Assembly: GCA_965223855.1 (NCBI GenBank)
Contig: CBDCXM010000009.1
Span: forward strand, 657,054 to 721,053
DNA: 64,000 nucleotides
Origin: Candidatus Multivoradales bacterium
GTDB lineage: Bacteria; Acidobacteriota; Thermoanaerobaculia; Multivoradales; JAHEKO01
Direction: 5' to 3'
Below the pieces are notes generated by a model. The model worked only from the letters and a program-made list of their open reading frames with translations. It made no database searches and was not told the DNA's origin. How positions within the stretch are numbered: position 1 is the first letter of the stretch; each line of letters starts with the position of its first letter. The position numbers and the translations under genes are program-made. Below, one piece after another: positions 1-9,096 of this stretch.

Positions 1-198
1 GCCTTCGCCGACGTGCAGAGGGTGCGGCGCGACGGTTCGGCGATCGAAGTCCTGACCTCTCACGCCGAAGCACTCGTACGCGAACTGCTCGCTCGCGACG
101 CCGGCCTGACCGATCTCGAGGTGACGGGAGCCGGTCTCGAGGAAGCGTTCCTCTCCCTCACCGCATCGGTGCCCGAACTCGAAGAAGGAGCCGCCTGA
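1..198 (+). CDS. ABC transporter ATP-binding protein, C-terminal fragment (start lies outside the window)
   Basis: The frame is open from the window edge. The tail (…LTDLEVTGAGLEEAFLSL…) is typical of an ABC ATPase C-terminus. Its stop overlaps the start of the downstream ABC-2 permease (TGATG). Confidence 0.5.
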   Translation, partial: AFADVQRVRRDGSAIEVLTSHAEALVRELLARDAGLTDLEVTGAGLEEAFLSLTASVPELEEGAA

Positions 199-998
199 TG
201 AACACCACCACCCTGCATGACGCCTCTGCATCCCCGGCCCGCCCGGCGCTCGGGCGGATCTACACCCTCGAGGCGAAACTCGAGTTCCTCAAGGTGCTGC
301 GCCTGCCGGCGTTCGCCCTGCCGACGATCGCCTTCCCGGTGCTCTTCTATGCCTTCTTCGGCCTCACCTTCTCTCCGCCGGGCGGGTTCGACCTGTCGCA
401 CTACCTGCTGGCCACCTACGGTGCCTTCGGCGTCATCGGCGCCTCGCTCTTCGGCTTCGGCGTCGGGGTGGCGATCGAGCGCGGGCAGGGGTGGATGCTG
501 CTGCGTCGCGCCAGTCCCGCCCCGCCGTCGGCCTACTTCGTCGCCAAGCTCGGCATGGCGTTTCTCTTCAGCACCATCATCGTCGCGCTGCTCTACGGCG
601 TGGCGATCGTCTTCGGCGGCGTCGAGATGGCTCTCGCACGCTGGGCGCTTCTGGCGGCGACGCTCGTTCTCGGCAGCGTGCCTTTCTGCGCCATGGGGCT
701 CGCGCTCGGCTATTGGTGCGGCCCCAACTCGGCGCCGGCGGTGGTGAATCTCATCTACCTGCCGATGGGCTTCCTCTCCGGCCTCTGGATCCCCCTCCAG
801 GTGCTGCCGGAGACGATTCAGAAGATCGCTACGATGCTGCCGGCGTTTCACTTCGCGCAGGTGGCGCTCAAGGTGATCGACATGGACGCCGGGAGCCCGC
901 TCGGAGCGCACCTCGCCTATCTCGCTATCTTCTCCCTACTCAGCCTGGCGCTGGCGCGCCTCGGCTATCGTCGTGACGAGGACAAGACCTATGGTTAG
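198..998 (+). CDS. ABC-2 family transporter permease
   Basis: 266 aa with multiple hydrophobic helices and an ABC-2 type permease pattern. It is translationally coupled to the upstream ATPase fragment. Confidence 0.7.
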   Translation: MNTTTLHDASASPARPALGRIYTLEAKLEFLKVLRLPAFALPTIAFPVLFYAFFGLTFSPPGGFDLSHYLLATYGAFGVIGASLFGFGVGVAIERGQGWMLLRRASPAPPSAYFVAKLGMAFLFSTIIVALLYGVAIVFGGVEMALARWALLAATLVLGSVPFCAMGLALGYWCGPNSAPAVVNLIYLPMGFLSGLWIPLQVLPETIQKIATMLPAFHFAQVALKVIDMDAGSPLGAHLAYLAIFSLLSLALARLGYRRDEDKTYG

Positions 999-2778
999 AA
1001 CACTCATGGCTGGAACCACGCGCTACCTCGCGATCCTTCTCACCTTCTTCGCCGCCGTTGTCGATGCAGACGTGCTCGTTTTCGAGAACGCCCGCGTCTT
1101 CGACGGCGAGCGCCTTCACGAGAGCCTCACCGTGATCGTCGAGGACGGTGTGATCGCCTCGCTTGGGGACGATGTCGCCATCCCCGAAGGCGCGACCTCG
1201 ATCGACGCCTCCGGTGCGACGCTCCTTCCCGGCTTCATCGACAGCCACGGCCATTCGTGGGGCGACCATCTCGAGCGCGCCGCGGTGTGGGGGGTGACGA
1301 CGGTGATCGACATGTTCACCGCTCCCGGGTTCGCCGCCGAGCAGAGGGCCGCGCAGGAGGCCGGCGAGGCCGATCACCGCGCCGATCTCGTCTCGGCCGG
1401 TGTGCTCGCCACCGCCCCGGGCGGGCACGGCACCCAGTTCGGCATCGAGATCCCGACCCTGACGGCGCCCGAGGAGGCCGACGGCTGGGTCGAAGGGCGC
1501 CTCGCGGAAGGCTCGGACTTCATCAAGATCGTCCTCGAAGACGGCACGATGGTCGGCCGTCCGATACCGACCCTCGATCCACCGACCTTCAGAGCGGTCG
1601 TCGACGCCGCGCAACGCCGCGACCAGTTGGCGGTCGTCCACGCGACGACCCTGACGATGGCCGAGCTCGCTGCCGATGCCGGAGTCGACGGTTTCGTCCA
1701 CCTGTTTCGCGACGAAGCCGCCACGGAGGCGTGGATCGCCGATCTTCTCGCCGGCGGGATGTTCGTCATCCCGACCCTGACGGTGATCGAGAGCACCACC
1801 GGGACGCCTTCCGGCGCGAGCCTCGTCGAGGACGAGCGCCTCGTCCCGTGGCTGACGGCCGTGGAGCGCAGCGGGCTGACCCAGGGCTTCCCCGCCCGAC
1901 CCGAGGCCAAACTCGACACCGCGCTGGCGAGCGCAAGCCGGCTCCATGAGGCCGGCGTGCCGATCCTCGCCGGCACCGACGCGCCCAACCCGGGCACGGC
2001 ACACGGTGTCAGCATGCACCGCGAGCTCGAGCTGCTGGTCGAGGCCGGCCTGACGCCCCTCGAGGCGCTGACCGCTGCCACGGCTGCGCCGGCCGACGCC
2101 TTCGCGCTCGTCGACCGTGGCCGCATCGCCCGCGGCAGGCGGGCCGACCTGGTGCTGGTCGACGGCGACCCGACGAGCGACATCTTCGCCACCCGGGCGA
2201 TTCGCGGCGTCTGGAAGCGCGGCCAGGCGGTCGCACGGCCGGAGGTCGAAGCCGGGCCCGACCGGCCGGTGGTCTCGGGAGCCCTCGCCGACTTCGACGG
2301 GGGAGAGCTGTCCGCCCTGACCGGCTTCGGCTGGATGGAGTCCACCGACTCGATGATGAGCGGCAAGTCGACCGTCGCCCTCGAGGTGATCGCCGGCGGC
2401 GCCGACGGAAGCACCCACGCCCTGCGGGTCCACGGGGAGGTCCGTCCCGGCTTCGCCTTTCCATGGGCGGGAGCGATGTACTTCCCTGCTTCGGGGCCGA
2501 TGGCGCCGGCCGACGCGTCGGGTGCCGGAGCGCTCGTCTTCCAGGCGCGGGGCGAGCCGGCGACCTACCGGGTGATGGCGTTCGCCGAGAGTCTCGGCCA
2601 GATGCCGGCCCAGGTCTCCTTCGAGGTCGGCGAGAGCTGGTCCGAGGTCTCGATTGAGCTTTCGAGCTTCCGAGGCCTCGACCCCGCCGGCCTGACCGGT
2701 TTCCTGTGGTCGGGTGGTCCGGCGACCGGGCCGTTCGACTTCGAGATCGATCAGATCGAACTGCGGCCGGTAGACTGA
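991..2778 (+). CDS. Amidohydrolase-family metal-dependent hydrolase with a C-terminal CIA30-like domain
   Basis: An HxH metal motif (DSHGHSW) and the TIM-barrel amidohydrolase pattern are present. The last ~170 aa carry a CIA30-like signature (GFGWMESTDSMMSGKST). The start is ambiguous: GTG at 973, ATG at 991 or ATG at 1006, and the N-terminus is hydrophobic and signal-like. Confidence 0.65.
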   Translation: MVRTLMAGTTRYLAILLTFFAAVVDADVLVFENARVFDGERLHESLTVIVEDGVIASLGDDVAIPEGATSIDASGATLLPGFIDSHGHSWGDHLERAAVWGVTTVIDMFTAPGFAAEQRAAQEAGEADHRADLVSAGVLATAPGGHGTQFGIEIPTLTAPEEADGWVEGRLAEGSDFIKIVLEDGTMVGRPIPTLDPPTFRAVVDAAQRRDQLAVVHATTLTMAELAADAGVDGFVHLFRDEAATEAWIADLLAGGMFVIPTLTVIESTTGTPSGASLVEDERLVPWLTAVERSGLTQGFPARPEAKLDTALASASRLHEAGVPILAGTDAPNPGTAHGVSMHRELELLVEAGLTPLEALTAATAAPADAFALVDRGRIARGRRADLVLVDGDPTSDIFATRAIRGVWKRGQAVARPEVEAGPDRPVVSGALADFDGGELSALTGFGWMESTDSMMSGKSTVALEVIAGGADGSTHALRVHGEVRPGFAFPWAGAMYFPASGPMAPADASGAGALVFQARGEPATYRVMAFAESLGQMPAQVSFEVGESWSEVSIELSSFRGLDPAGLTGFLWSGGPATGPFDFEIDQIELRPVD

Positions 2779-2788
2779 CCCAGACCGA

Positions 2789-2824
2789 CTTCCGCACTGC
2801 CTTCCGCACGGCCTTTCGCACTGC
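2789..2824. repeat. Three tandem 12-bp direct repeats (cttccgcactgc / cttccgcacggc / ctttcgcactgc), 10 nt upstream of the histidine-kinase start
   Basis: Read directly from the sequence. It lies between the amidohydrolase stop (2778) and the HK ATG (2835). Confidence 0.75.
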
Positions 2825-2834
2825 AGACCCCGCC

Positions 2835-3929
2835 ATGCAACTCCTCCCCAGGGATCGCGAACTCGGCTGGACCCGCTACGTCTGGCTGGTCTACCTGGTG
2901 CCGGTGTTCTTCCACCCCGTCATGTCGGGGTCGGGGCGGGACTGGGCGATCGCCGCCGGGTCCGCCGCGCTCCTGGTGCCGCTCTACTTCCTCGGCTACT
3001 GGTGCACCGGTCGACGCCTGCTGGCCGTCATCGCGGGCATCACGCTCCTCGGCATTCTCACCGCCCCGCTGAACTCCGGGGCCGCCGGCTACTTCATCTA
3101 TGCCGCCAGTTTCGTCGGCCGGCTGGGGCGACCGCGGGTCGGGGTTCGCTACCTCCTCGCGATCCTCTCCATCCTGCTGCTCGAAGCGTGGCTCGTTGGC
3201 TTCCCCTACCGTTCGTGGATCTGGGCGGCCGCTTTCACTCTGATCGTCGGCGGCATCAACATCCACTTCAGCGACGCGGCTCGCAGGCAGGCGAAGCTCA
3301 AGCTCGCCCACGACGAGGTCGAACGTCTAGCCACGATGGCGGAACGAGAGCGGATCGCCCGCGACCTGCACGACGTGCTCGGGCACACGCTGTCGCTGAT
3401 CACGATCAAGGCGGGTCTCGCGGCGAGACTGGCGGAGGAGGATCCGGCCCGCACCCGGCGTGAGGTCGAGGAGATCGAAGAGATCGCACGCTCGGCGCTC
3501 GGCGACGTGCGCCGCACGGTCTCCGGCTATCGCTACCTCTCGCTCGGTGCCGAAGTGGCGCGCGCCAAGGTCGCGCTGGCGGCCGCCGGCATCGATACGG
3601 AAGTGCGCCCCTCGCCCTTCGACCTCGACGCCGAGCGTGAGAGCGCCCTGGCGCTGGCGCTCCGAGAGGGAGTGACCAACGTAGTGCGCCATTCGGGCGC
3701 CGAGTCGTGCCGCATCGGGTTCCGGCAGGCGGACGGGCGCTTCGAGCTCGAGATCGTCGATGACGGACGCGGCGGCGACTCGCCCGAGGGCAACGGTCTG
3801 GCCGGCATGCGCGAGCGCATCGCAGCACTCGGCGGCACCGTGATGCGGGACGGCAGCCGCGGTACCCGCCTCGGGATCGAGGTGCCGCTCGATCCCGCCA
3901 CGCCGCGACGCGAGGCGATCGGCTCGTGA
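2835..3929 (+). CDS. Sensor histidine kinase, HisKA_3 (DesK/LiaS-like) family, membrane-bound
   Basis: An N-terminal transmembrane region is followed by the H-box ERERIARDLHDVLGHTLSLI and a HATPase_c region (DDGRGG…GNGLAGMRER). It overlaps the downstream response regulator by 4 nt. Confidence 0.8.
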   Translation: MQLLPRDRELGWTRYVWLVYLVPVFFHPVMSGSGRDWAIAAGSAALLVPLYFLGYWCTGRRLLAVIAGITLLGILTAPLNSGAAGYFIYAASFVGRLGRPRVGVRYLLAILSILLLEAWLVGFPYRSWIWAAAFTLIVGGINIHFSDAARRQAKLKLAHDEVERLATMAERERIARDLHDVLGHTLSLITIKAGLAARLAEEDPARTRREVEEIEEIARSALGDVRRTVSGYRYLSLGAEVARAKVALAAAGIDTEVRPSPFDLDAERESALALALREGVTNVVRHSGAESCRIGFRQADGRFELEIVDDGRGGDSPEGNGLAGMRERIAALGGTVMRDGSRGTRLGIEVPLDPATPRREAIGS

Positions 3930-4528
3930 TCCGCATCGTCGTCGCCGAAGACCAGGCGATGGTGCGCGGCGCTCTCGCGGCGCTCCTCGAGACCGAGGGT
4001 GACCTGACTGTGGTCGCCTGCGCCGACGACGGCGAGCAGGCCCTCGATCGGATCGCCGAGCACGACCCCGACGTCGTCGTCACAGACATCGAGATGCCCC
4101 GCCGCACCGGCCTCGAGCTGGCGAGCGAGCTGCGCTCCCGCGGGCCCCGCCCGCGGGTCCTCATCCTCACCACCTTTGCCCGCCCCGGCTACCTGCGGCG
4201 CGCCCTCGAGGCGGGCGCCTCCGGCTACCTGCTCAAGGACTCCCCCGCCTCGGAGCTCGCTCAAGCGATCCGCCAGGTCCACGCCGGCGGGCGGGCGATC
4301 GACCCCGAGCTCGCCGCCGAAGCGTGGAGCGAGCCCGACCCCCTGACCGACCGCGAGCGTCAGGTGCTGCGGCTCGCCGGCGAGGGCAAGACCGGCGCCC
4401 GGATCGCCGCCGATCTGCACCTGTCCGAAGGGACGGTGCGCAACTATCTCTCCGAGGCGATCTCGAAGCTCGGCGTCACCAATCGGATCGAGGCGGCGCG
4501 GCTGGCCCGGCAGCGCGGGTGGCTCTAA
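3926..4528 (+). CDS. Two-component response regulator, NarL/LuxR family
   Basis: A REC domain (IVVAEDQ…D…VVVTDIEMP) plus a C-terminal LuxR HTH (LTDRERQVLRLAGEGKT…IAADLHLSEGTVRNYL). Confidence 0.85.
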   Translation: MIRIVVAEDQAMVRGALAALLETEGDLTVVACADDGEQALDRIAEHDPDVVVTDIEMPRRTGLELASELRSRGPRPRVLILTTFARPGYLRRALEAGASGYLLKDSPASELAQAIRQVHAGGRAIDPELAAEAWSEPDPLTDRERQVLRLAGEGKTGARIAADLHLSEGTVRNYLSEAISKLGVTNRIEAARLARQRGWL

Positions 4529-4582
4529 CCCCATCGATCCGCTCGGAAGGGAGCCGAGTCTCGACCCGGCCCGGCTTCGGTC

Positions 4583-5803
4583 TCAGTTACCGATGCACGA
4601 GAAGACGCCAGGGCCGGCGCCGAAGACGACCTGAGCCTTCCCCTGCCAATCGACCCGGCCGCAGACGGTCCCGGTCGAGGCCGTCTCACCCGGGCACCGG
4701 CCGAACTGGACGACCGGCCTCGGACCGCCGTCGCGGGGGTAGGCGAACATCCGGCCACGGTGCATGAAGCCCGCACGATGGACGCTCGGCTGCAGTCCCC
4801 ACAGCTCCTGCGGGTCGGCAACGTCGACGCTGCCTTCGAGCTCGAGAGTGAGCGCGAACTTGGAGAGGATGTGCCCCGCCCCTCGCGCCAGATCGACGAG
4901 CGAGAGGTCGCCCGCGATCCCTGCCGATGCCCCTCCCACGAGCTCGATGTCGTCGTCGTTGCGGACGCTCTCGAGCGTCAGGAACGTCCGGGCGTCGGCC
5001 TCGAGTGTCTCCACCAGCCCCATCGCGGTCGCCTCGGACTCGGAGGCGGCCTCTCCAGCAGCGCCGGCGGTAGCCTCCTGGGCGGCCGCAACAGCCGCCT
5101 GCAACTGGTCGAGCGGTAGCCCGGCGGCGGCCAGCGCCTCCGTGTCCAGGTTGGCCATCCCCTCCATGATCTCCTGCTCCTCCTCCTCGTCGGGGACCGG
5201 CAGCTCGTCCTCCTCCAGGAGGATTCCGGTCGGGTTGTCGCTCCAGAAGGCGTAGTCACCGGAAACCTCGACGCCGCCAGCAACCCCCGCGACCGTACCC
5301 ACTACCCAGCAGGCGCGCTGGAGACGGCGGAGGATCAGCTCCTGTTGAACCTCGACCCGGTAGCGGTCTACCCAGTTGTAATCCAGCTTGGCGGCTCGGA
5401 CTTCGATGCCGCGACTCGACCGCAGCAGGCGGTGGAAGCGCCTCCCTCCCTGCTCACCGTCGTAGGAGTAGTAGATGAAGGCACCGGCCCCGTGCTCGGC
5501 AAGTGTTTCGGGCCATTCACTTCGGGACAGCTCTTCTCCGTCGTAGACGACCCGGCGGATCGTGGAGACGATCTCGGCTTCGAACACGCCGACTTCCGTC
5601 GGCTTGAAGGTAGCCGTGTAGCGGATCCATCTCGTATCGGTACCGAGATCGAGTTCGGTCGTACACCGCACCTCGTTCGCGCCGGCCGGAAGCTCCAACT
5701 CGATGGGCCCCGCCTCCAGCGAACAGGGTACCGACGCTGCAAGGGGCCCGAGGCCGGCGAGGAGGCCAAGCACCACCTGCCAGCCGAGCGTCGCCTGCCT
5801 CAC
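4583..5803 (-). CDS. Hypothetical secreted/lipoprotein with an acidic central region and C-terminal cysteines
   Basis: A GTG start at 5803 is preceded by GGAGGA. The signal peptide is VRQATLGWQVVLGLLAGLGPLAASVPC. The upstream 450 codons of the 860-aa track ORF are antisense to the cytochrome gene and were discarded. Confidence 0.5.
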   Translation of the reverse strand: MRQATLGWQVVLGLLAGLGPLAASVPCSLEAGPIELELPAGANEVRCTTELDLGTDTRWIRYTATFKPTEVGVFEAEIVSTIRRVVYDGEELSRSEWPETLAEHGAGAFIYYSYDGEQGGRRFHRLLRSSRGIEVRAAKLDYNWVDRYRVEVQQELILRRLQRACWVVGTVAGVAGGVEVSGDYAFWSDNPTGILLEEDELPVPDEEEEQEIMEGMANLDTEALAAAGLPLDQLQAAVAAAQEATAGAAGEAASESEATAMGLVETLEADARTFLTLESVRNDDDIELVGGASAGIAGDLSLVDLARGAGHILSKFALTLELEGSVDVADPQELWGLQPSVHRAGFMHRGRMFAYPRDGGPRPVVQFGRCPGETASTGTVCGRVDWQGKAQVVFGAGPGVFSCIGN

Positions 5804-5931
5804 GACTCCTCCGGGACCGGCGTCGGAACGATTCGTCTTCGCATGAAAGGCCTCCTCGGACAAGGGCGGAACGTACCGATGAATCCTGCCACACACGCGA
5901 GGGCCGATCCGAGCTCGCGGAACTCGCGCGG

Positions 5932-7875
5932 TCAGCGCCGCAGATCGACCTCCGGGGCGAGACGCAGAGCCCGCTCGCTCGCGTGCGCCGCCTCGTCGCT
6001 GCGGCCCGTCTGCTCGAGCAGCAGCGCCAGCTTGTGCCACGCCACGCCGTCGGAAGGCCAGCGCCGGGTGAGCGCCTCGAGGCCGGCCTGGGCGAGGTCG
6101 ACGCGGCCGGTGCGCTCGGCGAGATCGACCCGGAGGCGCCACGGCTGCTCGGCGGACGGGAACATCTCGATCACCATCTGGCTGTCTTCGAGGGTCCCGG
6201 CGATGTCGCCGCGATCGAGCCGCAGGCGTGCACGGGCGAGGCGAGCCGAAGGGCGGGAGGGGTCGAGAGCCAGCGCGTCGCCGAGCGCCGCCAATGCCGC
6301 ATCGATTTCGCCGCGGGCCATCAGCACGAGGGCGCGGGTCTCGTGCAGATCCGCCCGCGACAGGAGTGGTGTCAGCGGCGACGACGCTGTCGGCGTGACG
6401 GCGGCCTCGCTGCCCGGAGCCGGCAGACGGCCGAACCACTCCGCCGCTTCGTCGAAGCGGCCGAGCGTCGCCAGCCCCATCGCGCGCACCGCCGCCTCCC
6501 AGGTCGCGCCGGCCGGCGTCGCCAGCGCTTCCGCGATCGAGGAGCGCCCCCACAACTCCAACACGCCGTCGCGATCCTGGAACTGACGATGAGGGATGCC
6601 CTGCTCGGGCGGCGGAGTCCGGCGGCGGATCCAGTGGTCGGCGGAGCGCACGTGAGTGAGGTCGAACGGCTGGCTGCGGCGAACGTGACAGTCGACGCAT
6701 CCCGCTGCGCTGCGCCCCGGCTCCCCCGTGACCGCCTCGACCTCGAGATCCGCCGGCCGCGAGCACCCCTCCGCCTCGTGGCAGGACTGACAGCGCGCGT
6801 CGAAGGACGCGGTGCCCTGCGCCGCGACGCCGCGGTGGGCTTCGTGGCAGGTGGAGCAGGTCATCGCGGGTGAAGCGGTGAAGCAGGCGGAGAGTTCGAG
6901 ACGCTCGTGCTGACCGACGAAGCGGAAGTCGTCGCCCGGGTCGCCGGCGACGAGGGTCGGCAGCCGTGCCGCCAGCGATGCGGCGCGATGGGGGCCGTTC
7001 GCCGGGCCGGTCAACTCCCATCGGAAGTCGCCCTGAAGGTGACAGCGGGCGCAGACGTCGAGCTGCACCCGCGCCGGCAGCGCGGCGAGATCGTCGAGCC
7101 CCTGGTCGAGGGCGATCTCGTCGCCGGCGACGACGGCGAGATGGAGTTCGGTCGACCCGTGGCACGCTTCGCAGCCGATGCCCCTCAGGTGATCGAACGC
7201 CTCGGCCCCCAGGGCGTTGGCGGGATAGAGGTGGTGCCCTCCGGGCTGCGAGCCGCGGTGCGCATCCGGCAGCTCGACCAGCGGCTGATCGACATGGCAG
7301 GTGAGGCAGCCCTCGGTCAGAGCGAGATCCGCTCCCGCAGCCGGTTCACTCTCCTCGAACGGCGCCAGCACCAGCTCGCCCCCCATCGTCTCGAGCGGCG
7401 CGAAGTAGAGCCGGTCGGTCAGCGAACCGTCGACGACGTCCGCCTCCGCGGTGACCCAGGAGTTGCCGAAGTTGCCGGCGCCGATGCGGCCGACGATCTT
7501 CTGCCGCCGCATGCCGCCGTCGCTTTCGGACGTCGTCAACCACCCGCCGTCGGCCGACGCCTCCACGGTGTAGCTCCGGGCCAGGTCGGGATGCTCGACC
7601 CGTCCGGCAACCACAGCGCCCACCGGCTGTACGCTGCGCGCCATGCCGTGATCGGCGGTGTAGCTCGCGACCACGTCCGGATGGCAGCCGGCGCAGCTTT
7701 CGGCGCCCCGCGGCAGCAGAGTGTTCGCCTCGACCTCCGTCCTCGCCGCAGCCGTCGCGCTCAACGTCTCGTCGGCCGCGGGCGGCTCGGGCTGTCGCTC
7801 GGATGGCGGCTCGCCCCCGCCGCACGCCGCCAGCAGCAGGGCGAGCAGCGGCGCGCCCGTGAGGCTCAGTCTCAC
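5932..7875 (-). CDS. Multi-haem (7x CxxCH) c-type cytochrome lipoprotein with a C-terminal TPR domain
   Basis: Lipoprotein signal LLALLLAACGG. Seven CxxCH motifs: CAGCH, CLTCH, CEACH, CARCH, CSTCH, CQSCH, CVDCH. The C-terminal ~200 aa are TPR-like. Its start overlaps the upstream gene's stop (ATGA). Confidence 0.8.
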   Translation of the reverse strand: MRLSLTGAPLLALLLAACGGGEPPSERQPEPPAADETLSATAAARTEVEANTLLPRGAESCAGCHPDVVASYTADHGMARSVQPVGAVVAGRVEHPDLARSYTVEASADGGWLTTSESDGGMRRQKIVGRIGAGNFGNSWVTAEADVVDGSLTDRLYFAPLETMGGELVLAPFEESEPAAGADLALTEGCLTCHVDQPLVELPDAHRGSQPGGHHLYPANALGAEAFDHLRGIGCEACHGSTELHLAVVAGDEIALDQGLDDLAALPARVQLDVCARCHLQGDFRWELTGPANGPHRAASLAARLPTLVAGDPGDDFRFVGQHERLELSACFTASPAMTCSTCHEAHRGVAAQGTASFDARCQSCHEAEGCSRPADLEVEAVTGEPGRSAAGCVDCHVRRSQPFDLTHVRSADHWIRRRTPPPEQGIPHRQFQDRDGVLELWGRSSIAEALATPAGATWEAAVRAMGLATLGRFDEAAEWFGRLPAPGSEAAVTPTASSPLTPLLSRADLHETRALVLMARGEIDAALAALGDALALDPSRPSARLARARLRLDRGDIAGTLEDSQMVIEMFPSAEQPWRLRVDLAERTGRVDLAQAGLEALTRRWPSDGVAWHKLALLLEQTGRSDEAAHASERALRLAPEVDLRR

Positions 7876-9047
7876 TCGACGGCGACGGTCAGACGCACGA
7901 TCGGCGCACCATCGGAGAAGAGCCCGGTCAGAGTCTCTTCCGAGAAGTCGAACTCGAGATCGACCGGTCGGCCGGTCTCGGGATCGTGACTGCCGATCAT
8001 CTTGCCGAGCTTTACGCGGCCGGTGTCGGCGGAGGCAATCACTTCGCCGCCGTCGAGCAGCTCTACCGTCGCCGCTGCGGAGCGCTGGAAGGTCGTCGCC
8101 CGCAGGTGAACGGTGACGACGAGGCGGTGCTTCCCTTTGCGCCCGCGCCGGGTCGCATCCACCAGCGCGACGCTGACGTCGTCTGCCCGGTAGGGACGCA
8201 GCTCGTCGGTGCGCCAGGCGGCCCCTTCAGGATAGCGATGCACCGGGCCGAGCTCGAACTCGAGCGTCATCGGCGACTCCATCTCGATCGTCTGGCTCGC
8301 CTCGCGCTTGCGCTCGGAGCGCACCTTCACAGCCGGCTCGGCCTTCGGCGGCGCGGGGGTGACCGGCGCAGGGGCGGCGGTCGGTGCGGGCTCCGGAGCC
8401 GACTCCTGCGGCGCGGGAGCGGGAGGCTCAGGGACCGCTTCCGGTGTTGCGGGAGCCGCCTCGACCGCCGCAGGCGAGACCGGGTCGGGCGATGCCGGCG
8501 CTGTGTCGGCGACGGGAGGCGTCTCCCTGCCGGCAGGCAGGTAGAGCGTCGCGGGCAGTGCCTCGCGGGTCGCCCAGTCGTCTGTCGACAACTCGGTGCG
8601 CTCGCGGAAACCGCCCTGTTCGAGTGCCTCGAGCGCCACGCTCAGCGAGATCTTCTCGCCGCCGCCGTCGACCATCACCCCCTCCGCAGTGACGCCGCTG
8701 AGCGAAGGGACGAAGGTCACGGTCCCGCTCTCTCCCCTGCTGGTCGCCCAGGATTCCTGCCATCGCCCGCTCGATGCATCGAAGGTGAGAAGCGCCCGTT
8801 CCCGGGAACCGTCTTCGAGTTCGCGAACCTCCTCCACCGCACAGCCACCGAGGAGCGGCGTGAGACGGGTCGTTCCGAGCAAACGGCCATCGGCCTCGGC
8901 GACGATCCGCCATTCTCCGAGGAAGGGCGCTATGGCGCCGTAGCGCGACTCGCTCTCGCAAACCGCATCCGCCGCACCCGCAGGAAGTGGCGCAAGCAGC
9001 AGGAAGGAGACGACTGCCGGTAGAGCCCTGGTCACGGAGCGCAGCAT
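7872..9047 (-). CDS. Hypothetical secreted protein with a Pro/Ala-rich linker
   Basis: Signal peptide MLRSVTRALPAVVSFLLLAPLPAGAADA. A low-complexity PAPAP linker separates two globular parts. Its stop overlaps the cytochrome start. Confidence 0.5.
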   Translation of the reverse strand: MLRSVTRALPAVVSFLLLAPLPAGAADAVCESESRYGAIAPFLGEWRIVAEADGRLLGTTRLTPLLGGCAVEEVRELEDGSRERALLTFDASSGRWQESWATSRGESGTVTFVPSLSGVTAEGVMVDGGGEKISLSVALEALEQGGFRERTELSTDDWATREALPATLYLPAGRETPPVADTAPASPDPVSPAAVEAAPATPEAVPEPPAPAPQESAPEPAPTAAPAPVTPAPPKAEPAVKVRSERKREASQTIEMESPMTLEFELGPVHRYPEGAAWRTDELRPYRADDVSVALVDATRRGRKGKHRLVVTVHLRATTFQRSAAATVELLDGGEVIASADTGRVKLGKMIGSHDPETGRPVDLEFDFSEETLTGLFSDGAPIVRLTVAVE

Positions 9048-9096
9048 CTGCGAGCAGTCTAGCAAGGGTCGTGCTTTGTCCTCCCCCGTCGAGCTG

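Noticed and set aside
973-990. GTG at 973 as the amidohydrolase start
   Set aside because: It would overlap the permease by 26 nt. The ATG at 991 (or 1006) gives a more conventional junction. This is unresolved, so the boundary was given low weight.
5804-7165. N-terminal 450 codons of the 860-aa minus-strand ORF (4583..7165)
   Set aside because: It lies wholly antisense to the 7-haem cytochrome gene and is Arg/Pro/Gly-rich low-complexity, typical of frame-shadow ORFs in 70%-GC DNA. Only the downstream part, with a signal peptide and an SD-preceded GTG at 5803, was kept.
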